Of a stretch of 59,060 bases of DNA, positions 27,747 through 36,971 are shown one piece after another. Source of the stretch: an uncultured Gammaproteobacteria bacterium (GTDB lineage: Bacteria; Patescibacteriota; Microgenomatia; UBA8517); contig CAYWFF010000002.1 in NCBI GenBank assembly GCA_964458085.1, forward strand, positions 3,473-62,532. The letters run 5' to 3'. Each line of letters starts with the position of its first letter. Position 1 is the first letter of the stretch. Made by a program: the position numbers and the translations under genes. The notes below the pieces were generated by a model. That model saw only the letters and a program-made list of their open reading frames with translations. It was not told the origin of the DNA and did not search any database.

Positions 27747-29276
27747 GTGCTTGCCAAAATTACTTCAGGGGCAACAGTGGGTTTAAACGCGACGCTTATT
27801 GACGTCGAAGTGGATATTGCCAATCAAGGGCTTCCTTCCTTTACGATAGTTGGGCTTCCGGATAAAGCAGTTGAAGAAAGCAAAGAGCGCGTTCGCTCCG
27901 CCATTAAAAATTCCGGAGCCGATTTTCCGATATGCCGCATTACCGTTAACTTAGCTCCTGCAGATTTGCCAAAAGGGGGTCCGGCATATGATTTGCCAAT
28001 TGCGCTTGGTATTTTAATTGCATCCGGCCAAATTGCTCCGGAAGTACATAAGTCTCTCTTTTTCGGTGAATTGTCACTAGACGGAAGTTTAAGGCATACA
28101 AACGGTATTCTGCCTATGGCTAATCTTTGTAAAGAGTCAAAGTTTAAATATCTTTTTATACCAAAGGTTGATGAAAAAGAAGCAAGTGTAGTTTCTGAAG
28201 TTTCAATTTTTGCCGTAAGCTCACTTTTGGAACTTGTGAGACATTTGGCAAAAACAGTTGAAATTGAGGCAACTCCCCCGACACCATTGTCAGAAATATT
28301 AACTACAGCCAGTGCTGATTTTGATTTTGCTGAAGTGGTGGGGCAGGAGCAAGCTAAAAGGGCAATGGAGATTGCTGCAGCCGGTAGTCACAACATACTG
28401 CTTTCAGGAACTCCGGGTTCCGGTAAAACCATGCTTGCAAGGGCACTTCCGGGAATTTTACCCAAACTAACGGAGTCCGAGGCGTTAGAAATAACTAAAA
28501 TTTATTCCATTACCGGGAATTTATCGCCAGGGGAGTCGATTGTTACGACCCGCCCTTTCAGAAGTCCCCACCACACCACCAGTCGAATCGGTTTAATTGG
28601 CGGCGGTTCAAATCCCAGCCCGGGGGAAGTGTCTCTTGCCCACCGTGGAGTTTTGTTTTTGGATGAATTTCCCGAATTTCCCAGAAGTGTTTTGGAAAGT
28701 TTACGCCAACCCTTGGAGGATGGGAGAGTGACAATTTCAAGGGCAAAAGGAACAGTTACTTATCCTGCACAGTTTTTATTGATATCGGCCATGAATCCTT
28801 GTCCATGCGGCTATCACGGTGATATTAAACGAGCTTGTACTTGTATGCCTGGCCAGATCTCACGGTATCAAAAAAGAATTTCCGGGCCGCTCCTTGATCG
28901 AATTGATTTACATATATCATTGAGTTTATTAGAAACAGAAAAACTGGTTAATTCAAAATTAAAATCAGAAAGCTCAAAATCAATTCAAGAAAGAGTACAA
29001 AAAGCCAGAGATATTCAAATTAAACGATTTAAAGGTTCAAAGTTCAAATCAAATAGTGAAATGAGTTCGAAGGCAGTAAAAGAATTTTGCTCACTAACTC
29101 CAGAATGTACAACTCTGATGATAAGCGCTACAGCCTCAATGAATCTAACTGCAAGGTCATATCATAAGGTTTTAAAGGTGGCGAGAACAATCGCAGATTT
29201 AGCGGGGGATAAAGACATAACTACTAGCCATTTGGCAGAGGCGCTTCAATACAGACCTCAAGAAGAAGAGTTCTAA
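27747..29276 (+). CDS. comM: Mg-chelatase-like AAA+ ATPase YifB/ComM (competence-associated helicase family)
   Basis: GTG start. N-terminal Lon-like ChlI domain (VEVDIANQGLPSFTIVGLPD), Walker A GTPGSGKT, Walker B VLFLDEF and a Mg_chelatase C-terminal domain. Confidence 0.92.
   Translation: MLAKITSGATVGLNATLIDVEVDIANQGLPSFTIVGLPDKAVEESKERVRSAIKNSGADFPICRITVNLAPADLPKGGPAYDLPIALGILIASGQIAPEVHKSLFFGELSLDGSLRHTNGILPMANLCKESKFKYLFIPKVDEKEASVVSEVSIFAVSSLLELVRHLAKTVEIEATPPTPLSEILTTASADFDFAEVVGQEQAKRAMEIAAAGSHNILLSGTPGSGKTMLARALPGILPKLTESEALEITKIYSITGNLSPGESIVTTRPFRSPHHTTSRIGLIGGGSNPSPGEVSLAHRGVLFLDEFPEFPRSVLESLRQPLEDGRVTISRAKGTVTYPAQFLLISAMNPCPCGYHGDIKRACTCMPGQISRYQKRISGPLLDRIDLHISLSLLETEKLVNSKLKSESSKSIQERVQKARDIQIKRFKGSKFKSNSEMSSKAVKEFCSLTPECTTLMISATASMNLTARSYHKVLKVARTIADLAGDKDITTSHLAEALQYRPQEEEF
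28900..29276 (+). repeat. Copy 1 of a 377-bp direct repeat (3' end of intact comM); putative att-containing segment
   Basis: Starts with gaattgat. In register with 35306-35682 and 42751-43127, with equal length and no indels. Confidence 0.85.
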
Positions 29277-29412
29277 TTTATACAAAGTAGATTTTTAAAT
29301 CTAAAATCTTAGGGATACCTTAAAACATTGTCATATTTAGTCGCCTATAGTAAATATTTCTTTACGATGATATAATAAAACCCTTGTTTCTTATATTGAA
29401 ACGTTAAAAGTT

Positions 29413-30033
29413 ATGAAAGTGAATGAAATAATAAAATTATTTTATGCAACACCTGGAGTTGTGAATCTCAGTGACAAAGATGATTTTGAACCCCAACCTG
29501 GAGTATATGCCTCAGTTTATATAAATTTAAAGACACCTCTTTACTTTCCGAAACTGCGTAAAAAGTTAGCTAAGCTACTGTCTGTCCACGTAGATAATAA
29601 TGCTGATTATATATGTGGAATAGAAAGCGGTGGATCATATTATGCCTCAGCAGTTGGTGATATAGCTGATAAAAAAATTTTACTTTTCAGAAAGGAGAAA
29701 AAGCAATATAACATAAAAAATAATTTTGTCGGGAACTTACCGCAAAAAGGAGATTCGGTGGTTATTGTTGATGATGTTATCTCCAGCGGTAATACAATAT
29801 CTAAAGCTGTAGAGAGTTTGAGAGAATTGGGGTGCAGGGTAAAAGCAGTTATGCTTTTTAGTTATGGTTGGGACGAGCAAATTGCTAAAAATTTAGATAT
29901 TGAAATAAAAGTTCTATCTACGGCGGAGGAACTTATTGAGTATGGACTTTCAATAAAAAGAATGTCTTTACACAATTCAAAAATAATAAGAGATTTTGTT
30001 AAAAGAGAAGAAAACCGTTTAGCTAAACTTTAA
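29413..30033 (+). CDS. Type I phosphoribosyltransferase, orotate-PRTase-like
   Basis: PRPP-binding loop VVIVDDVISSGNT preceded by FRKEKKQYN...G, with OPRT-like architecture. Confidence 0.75.
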   Translation: MKVNEIIKLFYATPGVVNLSDKDDFEPQPGVYASVYINLKTPLYFPKLRKKLAKLLSVHVDNNADYICGIESGGSYYASAVGDIADKKILLFRKEKKQYNIKNNFVGNLPQKGDSVVIVDDVISSGNTISKAVESLRELGCRVKAVMLFSYGWDEQIAKNLDIEIKVLSTAEELIEYGLSIKRMSLHNSKIIRDFVKREENRLAKL

Positions 30034-30034
30034 G

Positions 30035-30655
30035 ATGTTGGAAAGAATCATCAAACCATGTTTAGAATATGCCTTTGAAGGAATCGATGGAGGTGGTAAA
30101 ACTTCAAGTATTACCTTCCTAAAAGAACATTATCAAGCCCAAGGGCTCGAAGTAGTTGTTTTGTCTGGAATTAGTAAAACTCCATTCGGAATGGCGATAC
30201 GGAGAAATATTACTAAATTAAATAGCATGGGTGTAAACGGGATGAGATTCTTTAAAGAGGATATAAGACGATCGTATGAAAGTGTTAACGGCCATGGAGA
30301 CGTGGCAGATTTAATCTTTTGGGATAGACATATTTACTCGATGGCTGCTGCCAATAGCGAAGGTTGCAACCTGGCATTAATTAGAGAAACGAAACCACAA
30401 GTTAGTGAACCGTCAAAAGTTTTTCTGTTGGATGTTTCACCATCTATTGCTTGGCAACGAGAAACCAAAGCACAAAAGGGAGATCATCCTTTAACTCCGG
30501 TGTGGTTGGAGGAGAAGTGTGTACGCTACCATGAATTAGTTGACAAAGAACCAAATAGGTTTATCACAATTGATGCTTCCCAGCCACCCGATGATGTTTT
30601 TCAGCAGTTATTAGATATAATAAATGAGGACTTAAAAAAAGTAGGTAAGTTATAA
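30035..30655 (+). CDS. Thymidylate-kinase-family nucleoside monophosphate kinase
   Basis: P-loop FEGIDGGGKTS and a DRH (DRY/F-like) motif. Length 206 aa. Confidence 0.65.
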   Translation: MLERIIKPCLEYAFEGIDGGGKTSSITFLKEHYQAQGLEVVVLSGISKTPFGMAIRRNITKLNSMGVNGMRFFKEDIRRSYESVNGHGDVADLIFWDRHIYSMAAANSEGCNLALIRETKPQVSEPSKVFLLDVSPSIAWQRETKAQKGDHPLTPVWLEEKCVRYHELVDKEPNRFITIDASQPPDDVFQQLLDIINEDLKKVGKL

Positions 30656-30657
30656 AT

Positions 30658-31275
30658 ATGAAAATCATTCTTGCTTCAACATCGCCTAGAAGAATTGAAA
30701 TGTTGAATTGGCTGGCTATCACTTTTGAATCGGTAAGTCCTGAATTGGATGAAACTAAGATTCGTTATACTGACCCTATGAAGCTTACCCAGAAACTATC
30801 TGAGGCTAAAGCAATAGCAGTAGCCGATAAGTATAAAGATGCAATAATTATCGGTTCTGACGCAGTAGTTTCATTCGAGGGGGGGATAATTGAGAAACCA
30901 AAAGACATTGATGATCAAAGAAGAATGCTATATTTACAGAGAGGGAAACCTGCAATAGTAGTTACTTCGGTATGTTTAGTTAACACTAAAACAAATGAAA
31001 CTGTGGTAAAGACGAAAGAAACTGAATATACAATGGCTAATGTTACCGATGAACAAATAGAAAATTATATAAAAACGGGAGTTGGTTTAAGCAGAGCGGG
31101 AGGTTATGGCCAACAGGATGAAAACGGGATGTTTATCGGAACTGAGTTTGACTGTTATCCCAATAGTATCGGCTTCCCTATTTGCTTAGTTAAAGAAATG
31201 CTTGAAGATATGGGTGTAAAAATTAATGTAGATATTAAGAGTGTAGTTAAAGAAAAAACCGGTAAACTTTGCTAG
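30658..31275 (+). CDS. maf: Maf-family nucleoside triphosphate pyrophosphatase
   Basis: N-terminus IILASTSPRR and GSD...GKP...GAYGIQ-like GGYGQQD. Confidence 0.88.
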   Translation: MKIILASTSPRRIEMLNWLAITFESVSPELDETKIRYTDPMKLTQKLSEAKAIAVADKYKDAIIIGSDAVVSFEGGIIEKPKDIDDQRRMLYLQRGKPAIVVTSVCLVNTKTNETVVKTKETEYTMANVTDEQIENYIKTGVGLSRAGGYGQQDENGMFIGTEFDCYPNSIGFPICLVKEMLEDMGVKINVDIKSVVKEKTGKLC

Positions 31276-31303
31276 CTACCTGTCCTTCAATAATTTTCAT
31301 AAT

Positions 31304-32170
31304 ATGAGTCAAGAGTTATTGGTTTGTGGAAATATCGCCCGCGATGTAATTTTTGGGAATGAGAAGCGTGGCGGTTCGGCTCCTGCAATAGCAATTAACG
31401 CGGGAAGATTAGGTGTTTCTTCAGGTTTACTCTCTGTCGTCGGTAAAGATATATTCAGCCAGGAGTATCTTCATTTTTTGAGAGCCAACAATATTAATAT
31501 AGATATGGTTGAAAAAAGTTTAGAAGAACTGCCGGAGTGCCGGGTTTTTACAAATTCAGCCTCAGCAGTTGAAGTAAAATGGATTGATAATGGTTGCCAT
31601 GAAGCAATGGAAAATATGCAGGTTAGTTTAAACGCAGCGCTTAATTATTCAGTGGTTCACCTTGTCAGCTGTCCTCCCGGACTGGCAAGAAAATTATCAG
31701 AAATAGGCATAACTAACCTTTCGTATGAACCAGGGCCATACATACACGAAGACCCTGCTTACCTCGATTTTGCCGTTATAGACAGAAGTAAAATGCTGTT
31801 TTTAAATGAAGAAGAATATCAATCAGCCTTAAAAATATCAGGGTTAAGATCGCCAAGAGATTTTATTCACGATAGTAACCGGATTTTAATAGTTACTAAA
31901 GGTGCTAATGGTTCTGAGTTATATGTTGATACTGCTAATGGTCTGAAAAGCGAGCACATAGAAGCTGTTAAACCTGAAGGTAATATTATTGACACTACTG
32001 GAGCAGGAGATTCCTATAAAGCAGGTTTCTTTGCTGGTTATATAAGAGGTAGGTCGCTTTCGGAATGTGCTTTAATTGGCTCGTATATGGGCGCAGCGTG
32101 TATTACACAAGAAGGTGGTATTTTACATCCAGGTGCGGTTGCAAGAATTAAAGTTGAATACGGATTGTAA
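31304..32170 (+). CDS. PfkB-family sugar/nucleoside kinase
   Basis: C-terminal signature DTTGAGDSYKAGF and N-terminal GG dipeptide region. Confidence 0.85.
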   Translation: MSQELLVCGNIARDVIFGNEKRGGSAPAIAINAGRLGVSSGLLSVVGKDIFSQEYLHFLRANNINIDMVEKSLEELPECRVFTNSASAVEVKWIDNGCHEAMENMQVSLNAALNYSVVHLVSCPPGLARKLSEIGITNLSYEPGPYIHEDPAYLDFAVIDRSKMLFLNEEEYQSALKISGLRSPRDFIHDSNRILIVTKGANGSELYVDTANGLKSEHIEAVKPEGNIIDTTGAGDSYKAGFFAGYIRGRSLSECALIGSYMGAACITQEGGILHPGAVARIKVEYGL

Positions 32171-32262
32171 CTTTATTGTTGCGTTTACTATTGATTTTTA
32201 AAAGCACCGTAGTATACTTGTTCCTATAGTTTAATAATTGTTGTTGTTGTTTATCTGTGAAT

Positions 32263-33249
32263 ATGAAGAAAATATTAGGTGTTATCATCATTATTGTTAT
32301 CGCCTTTGTAGCATTTTTTGTATTAAAAAATAAAAATGTTGCTAAAGTAAGGACTTCAACTCAAACGGAAAAAGTATCACTTCGGTTAAAATGGCTCGAC
32401 CAGGCACAGTTCTCTGGTTTTTATCTTGCAAAGAGTAAAGGTTTATATAAAGAAAAAGGGTTGGATGTAACTATTAACCCGGGCGGTCCTGAAGTTTCAC
32501 CGGTGCAGATGGTCGTTTCTAAGGTTGATAATTTTGGAATTACTGGTGCCGACCAGATAATTTTGGCAAGAGAAAAAGGTTTACCAATTGTTGCTCTAGC
32601 AGTAATTTATAAAGATACTCCTGTTGCCATAGGTTCTTTGAAAAAGACCAATATTACTAAACCGCAGGACCTTCAAGGAAAGAAAGTCGGATTGATATAC
32701 GGAAGGGATGAAGAAACAATCTACCGGGCACTTCTGGTAAAGGAAAAAGTTGACCCGAAAAGTATAAATGAGGTTGCTCTTCTCTCTGGATTGTCGCAAC
32801 TTACTACCGGAGCTATTGATGCACAAATTCTATATGAAATTAACGAACCGATTTTACTTGAACAACAAGGTTTTGAAGTGAACCTGATTAAACCTAGAGA
32901 CTACGATATTAATTTTTATGCCGATGTTCTTTTCACTACTGAAGATATGATAAAGGAACATCCTCAGGAAGTAAGGAGCTTCGTCAAAGCAAGTATCGAA
33001 GGATGGAAATCAGTTTTTAGTAATCAGGAAGAAGCAATAAACGAAGTGGTGAATGTCAGCAGCTCTTTAGACAGAACTCATCAAACTAAATTCCTTGAAC
33101 TTAGTAAACCTTTAATTACAGGTAAAGGAGAAATCGGTTATTCCGATAAAAAGGTATGGGAAGATATTCAAACGACTCTTTTAAGCCAGAAACTACTTAA
33201 AAACTCTATCGAGATTGACAAAGTATTCACCAACGACTTCTTGAAATAA
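32263..33249 (+). CDS. ABC transporter substrate-binding protein, NMT1/THI5-like (NitT/TauT family)
   Basis: Signal/TM anchor followed by LRLKWLDQAQFSGFYLAKSKGLYKEKGLDV, typical of NMT1/THI5-like SBPs. GTG at 32257 is an alternative start. Confidence 0.8.
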   Translation: MKKILGVIIIIVIAFVAFFVLKNKNVAKVRTSTQTEKVSLRLKWLDQAQFSGFYLAKSKGLYKEKGLDVTINPGGPEVSPVQMVVSKVDNFGITGADQIILAREKGLPIVALAVIYKDTPVAIGSLKKTNITKPQDLQGKKVGLIYGRDEETIYRALLVKEKVDPKSINEVALLSGLSQLTTGAIDAQILYEINEPILLEQQGFEVNLIKPRDYDINFYADVLFTTEDMIKEHPQEVRSFVKASIEGWKSVFSNQEEAINEVVNVSSSLDRTHQTKFLELSKPLITGKGEIGYSDKKVWEDIQTTLLSQKLLKNSIEIDKVFTNDFLK

Positions 33250-34004
33250 TGAGCCTCATTCAAGTTAACAAGCTTGAGAAAAGTTACAGCAATAGCGGAG
33301 TTCTTGCTGTTAAGAACCTCTCTTTTAATATCGACGAAGGGGATTTTGTTTCTATTGTTGGTCCTTTTGGTTGTGGTAAAACGACTGTTTTACATTTAAT
33401 TGGTGGAATCAAGGATTCGTATAAAGGAGAGATAGATATAGCTGGTGACTCGCCGATTCAAGCTAGGATGAAAAGAAAAATCGGATTTTGTTTCCAAAAA
33501 TCTAACTTGCTTCCATGGTTAAATGTTATAGACAATGTGTTACTTCCTCAAAAAATTGCTAATGTCAAAGTAGATAGAAGCAGAGCAGTTAAACTTTTAA
33601 AAATGGTTGGTTTAGAAAAGTATCGATTTATGAAACCTTATAATCTCTCGGGTGGAATGCAGCAGTTAGTCTCGATCACCCGCGCACTCATATTAGATCC
33701 AAAAATTTTATTATTGGATGAACCCCTCTCTTCAATCGATGAAATCAATAGATTTAAAATGCATCTTAAGCTATTGGAAATTCATAAAAAAACAAGAAAA
33801 ACAACTGTTATGATAACTCATTCAATTAATGAAGCAGTGTTATTATCAAATAAAGTTATTATACTAACTCCCCGACCTGCTAGGGTTAAAAAGATAATCG
33901 GAATTAATTTATCTGCTCGAGATAGTAAGACCCTATTTTCAAAGAAGTTTGTTAACTATACCAGAACAATAAGAAAGGAGTTGATTAATGACAAGAATAA
34001 TTAG
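33249..34004 (+). CDS. ABC transporter ATP-binding protein (NitT/TauT family)
   Basis: Walker A GPFGCGKTT, signature LSGGMQQ and Walker B ILLLDEP. Confidence 0.9.
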   Translation: MSLIQVNKLEKSYSNSGVLAVKNLSFNIDEGDFVSIVGPFGCGKTTVLHLIGGIKDSYKGEIDIAGDSPIQARMKRKIGFCFQKSNLLPWLNVIDNVLLPQKIANVKVDRSRAVKLLKMVGLEKYRFMKPYNLSGGMQQLVSITRALILDPKILLLDEPLSSIDEINRFKMHLKLLEIHKKTRKTTVMITHSINEAVLLSNKVIILTPRPARVKKIIGINLSARDSKTLFSKKFVNYTRTIRKELINDKNN

Positions 34005-34734
34005 AAGATTTCTACCTTTTTTTGTATTTATTATTTTATGGTATGCTACTGTCGAAGTTTTCAAAATTCCACCATATGTTTTACCAAAACCTTTAGTTGT
34101 TTTCGAATCGTTAATTTTAAATGGTTCAACAATACTTTCAAATACTGTGATCACACTCCGTGAGGCTTTTATTGGTTTTTTTATTGCTAACTTAGTAAGT
34201 ATAACAATTGCTCTGGGAATTGCTTTCAATAAAAATATGGAAAATACAATTATGCCCTTTGCGATTACTTTAAAAACTATACCGATATTAGCGATAACTC
34301 CGCTTTTAGTGGTTTGGTTTGGGCCAGGAGAATATTCAAAAATTGCTACAGCTGCATTAATTTGTTTTTTCCCGTCATTAGTAAATGTCCTCAGAGGAGT
34401 AAAGTCACTTGATAGAGATTTAACTGAATTTTTCAAGGCTTATGCTGCAAATAAACTACAACTAATAAAGATGTTAATTATTCCCAGCATTCTACCTTAT
34501 TTGTTTGCAGCTCTTAAAGTTTCCAGCTCACTTGCGGTTATCGGTGCTTTAGTTGGTGAATTTATTGGGGCAAATAAAGGTTTAGGATTTTTAATAATTT
34601 CAAACTACTATACTCTAAATACCCCTTATGTATTTGCATCTATTATTGTTTCGAGTTTTGTCGGTATTGTTTTTTATTATGTAATTCATTTTTTTGAAAA
34701 AAGAATTATAACCTGGACTGCAACAATTGACTAA
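33988..34734 (+). CDS. ABC transporter permease (NitT/TauT family, BPD_transp_1)
   Basis: Six TM segments. Overlaps the ATPase gene, suggesting coupling. Confidence 0.85.
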   Translation: MTRIIRRFLPFFVFIILWYATVEVFKIPPYVLPKPLVVFESLILNGSTILSNTVITLREAFIGFFIANLVSITIALGIAFNKNMENTIMPFAITLKTIPILAITPLLVVWFGPGEYSKIATAALICFFPSLVNVLRGVKSLDRDLTEFFKAYAANKLQLIKMLIIPSILPYLFAALKVSSSLAVIGALVGEFIGANKGLGFLIISNYYTLNTPYVFASIIVSSFVGIVFYYVIHFFEKRIITWTATID

Positions 34735-35275
34735 TTCTATGAAAGAAATAGAGATTTATCATATGTTACCAAGGACTAAGCAATTGTTAGAAGACGATAT
34801 ATTAAGGAGAAGGGCAGAATTATCTGATATTTCACAACAAGGTGCTGAAATTTGGGAAGGAGATCAGTGGCATAGTACAACTTACCGTGAGCAGCAACGT
34901 AGGAGAGAACTGGCAATTAGACTTTTGCAATTAATAGATCAAAAAAGTGGGAAGATAGATGTGCTTAATAAACCCAGACAGAATAACCAGATTGAATTGG
35001 GACATATGGCTAAAGTAATGTTGTTGGATGATCCTGATGTTTTGGAAGTAGGTATTCCCTACTCGCTTATTCATGTTTTAAGTAGTGAAGATGTCTTATA
35101 TCTAGGTCAATTGTTCGACAATATAAGAGAAATGGTTGTTTCCCAAGAGTCTCCGATTGGAAATGCCCTGCTAGGTAGAGGACGAAATGAAATAGCTACC
35201 TATCTTCAGGTAAATAGGCTAAAAATTCTCGGGGACAAGGATGCTATTAAAACGTCATATCTTTTTGATGGGTAG
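34727..35275 (+). CDS. GreA/GreB-family-like factor
   Basis: N-terminal coiled coil with EGDQWHSTTYREQQRR (cf. GDLSENAEY) and C-terminal ...SQESPIGNALLGRGRNE (cf. SPIGKALLGKKVGD). Divergent from the canonical family. Confidence 0.5.
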   Translation: MTNSMKEIEIYHMLPRTKQLLEDDILRRRAELSDISQQGAEIWEGDQWHSTTYREQQRRRELAIRLLQLIDQKSGKIDVLNKPRQNNQIELGHMAKVMLLDDPDVLEVGIPYSLIHVLSSEDVLYLGQLFDNIREMVVSQESPIGNALLGRGRNEIATYLQVNRLKILGDKDAIKTSYLFDG

Positions 35276-35305
35276 TTTTATTAAGTAAACAACTTTCTGA
35301 TAAAG

Positions 35306-35682
35306 GAACTGATTAACACATATCATTGCGTATGTTGGAAAGTGAAAAGCTGGTTAATAACAATCAAACAGCTGAAAGCTCTAAAGTCATACAGGAAAGA
35401 GTTCAGAAAGCAAGAAATATTCAGATTAAGCGATTTAATGGGACTAAATTTAAATCAAATAGTGAAATGAGTTCAAAAGCTGTTAAACAGTTTTGTTCGC
35501 TAACTCCTGATTGTGCTTCTCTTATGATCAGTGCAACAGCTTCAATGAATTTAACTGGCAGGTCGTATCACAAAGTCCTAAAAGTATCACGTACTATTGC
35601 AGATCTGGAAGGAGAAAAGGATATTTTAGTAAAACATCTTGCTGAAGCGCTTCAGTACAGGCCAACAGAGGACGTATTTTAG
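35306..35682 (+). pseudogene. comM/yifB 3'-end remnant (copy 2 of the 377-bp repeat)
   Basis: Translation TD*HISLRMLESEKLVN...LAEALQYRPTEDVF matches 96 of 124 positions of the intact gene's C-terminus (hand count). In-frame TAA at the third codon; the 5' 1.15 kb of the gene is absent. Confidence 0.85.
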
Positions 35683-35698
35683 ATACACATACCCATAG

Positions 35699-35727
35699 TT
35701 GTTTATTTGGTTTCATTTTTATATACT
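35699..35727 (+). promoter_or_regulatory. Candidate promoter TTGTTT-N17-TATACT for the island B plus-strand operon
   Basis: -35 at 35699-35704 and -10 at 35722-35727, 20 nt upstream of the ATG at 35748. Confidence 0.35.
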
Positions 35728-35747
35728 TCTTCATATTAAAAGAATGC

Positions 35748-36971
35748 ATGACTCAGGAACTTAAAGGCAAAGAAACAACTGACTATTCACTTTATCCAAT
35801 TTACAAAGCTGCTTTTTTCAGAAATAGTGGCATGATCTCTTTAAGATTGGAGGAAAAGAAAGAAACCGTTTGTTTCAAAGAAAGGTTGTCGAATCAGGAT
35901 GAAGCACAGCCTGATGGAAATCTGTTTGCTTTTGTAACAAATCCCGTAAATCCAGAGGCATCAAAGTTATTAGAGCAACCCGATAACCTAACTAAGTATT
36001 TTAAAGAGGAAGGTTTTGAGGTACATAGACCCATGCCTGTTGTTAGTAAATCAGGAAGCACTTTATTTATTTCTGCGGGTGTGCAAAACCTGGAAAGTGT
36101 TTATATAGGTGAAGGTCCTATTTCTAATAGAAGTATTTATGTCGCGCAACCTGTTTTCAGGACCCAATATGTAGGTCAGGCAGCTGAAGGAATCTCTACT
36201 AGCTTTGTAAATGTGTGTTTGGAATCGATAAATCAAGGTGCTGAAACTCATTTCCAAAACTTGCAAAAAGTATTTACTTTATTTGCTAATCTTGGTCTAA
36301 AAAGGGAAGATTTTTTATTTGAGGTAGATGAGAAAGAATCTAGTTGGGGTGATCGCACACATTTGCAAAAACGAGTTAAAATATTTTTTCAAGGTTTGGA
36401 GATTGGTGATGCAATTTTTATCGAAGGCTTTCCTCAAAATACTAGAAAAAGTTTAGAGATCAGTGATATCGGATTGGGTTTTGAAAGACTTAAATGGGTA
36501 TTAAAGGGAGGGTCTTACTGGGATGTACATGAGGAGGCTTCTTCTCATAAACATAGGCTTAGCACAGTTGACTCTACCAAAACTTTGGCCCTTTTGGCTG
36601 GTTCAGATGTTGTCCCTCATTACAAAGCTCATGGTTACAGATTTAGACTACTTTCAAAAAAGGTAGTTGAAGAGCTTGCTTCGGGAGAAAGCAGAGAGGG
36701 TTTGTCCGACTTATTAGGAAAATACCATGATTATTGGAATAAATGGACTGAACTTCCTGTCTCAAAAGGCGTTTCTCTGAAACGTGTTCTTGATGAAAAT
36801 ACCAGAAATTTCAATGTCGAATTGATTAACAGGCTGAAAAACTTTTATGATAGTGTAGACGTTGATATAAATAGGCCTACGGATCAAGTAGTACAGCTAT
36901 TAAAAGGTACACCTGCTGATATAAGTAAAATTCAGGATATAATTAATGAAATGGGAGGAGTGTTGTTATGA
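35748..36971 (+). CDS. Stand-alone class IIc (AlaRS-type) aminoacyl-tRNA synthetase catalytic-core paralog
   Basis: STLFISAGVQNLESVYIG (cf. AlaRS LLFTNAGMNQFK..FLG), LEIGDAIFIEGF (cf. EIWNLVFMQF) and motif 3 ISDIGLGFERLKWVLKGG (cf. IDTGMGLERLAAVLQG). At 407 aa it has no room for tRNA-recognition, editing or C-Ala domains. Confidence 0.6.
   Translation: MTQELKGKETTDYSLYPIYKAAFFRNSGMISLRLEEKKETVCFKERLSNQDEAQPDGNLFAFVTNPVNPEASKLLEQPDNLTKYFKEEGFEVHRPMPVVSKSGSTLFISAGVQNLESVYIGEGPISNRSIYVAQPVFRTQYVGQAAEGISTSFVNVCLESINQGAETHFQNLQKVFTLFANLGLKREDFLFEVDEKESSWGDRTHLQKRVKIFFQGLEIGDAIFIEGFPQNTRKSLEISDIGLGFERLKWVLKGGSYWDVHEEASSHKHRLSTVDSTKTLALLAGSDVVPHYKAHGYRFRLLSKKVVEELASGESREGLSDLLGKYHDYWNKWTELPVSKGVSLKRVLDENTRNFNVELINRLKNFYDSVDVDINRPTDQVVQLLKGTPADISKIQDIINEMGGVLL

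Larger units (their letters stand above)
29277..35305. mobile_element. Putative genomic island A (integrase-less cargo between comM 3'-end copies 1 and 2)
   Basis: Bounded by direct repeats of the comM 3' end. Visibly more AT-rich than the flanks. Eight genes, none a recombinase. Confidence 0.5.

Noticed and set aside
29288-29303. Perfect palindrome tagattt-tt-aaatcta just after the comM stop, considered as a terminator or att core.
   Set aside because: A 2-nt loop makes a stable RNA hairpin unlikely, the stem is all A/T, and the motif is not repeated at the other two repeat ends.
33939-34436. Long antisense ORFs nested in confident genes. This 165-aa one is an example; others are 770-1198, 3451-3888, 45918-46376, 52568-52978 and 53402-53728.
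   Set aside because: Each lies entirely inside and opposite a gene with clear family motifs. Their composition is typical of antisense frames in AT-rich DNA.
35326-35682. Copy 2 (118-aa ORF), and likewise copy 3 (42840-43127, 95 aa), as functional stand-alone Mg-chelatase C-terminal-domain genes.
   Set aside because: The homology to comM extends upstream of both ORF starts to a common boundary, and is interrupted there by stop codons. No convincing RBS or ATG lies at the homology start. They are best explained as displaced gene ends. Expression of the fragments cannot be excluded.
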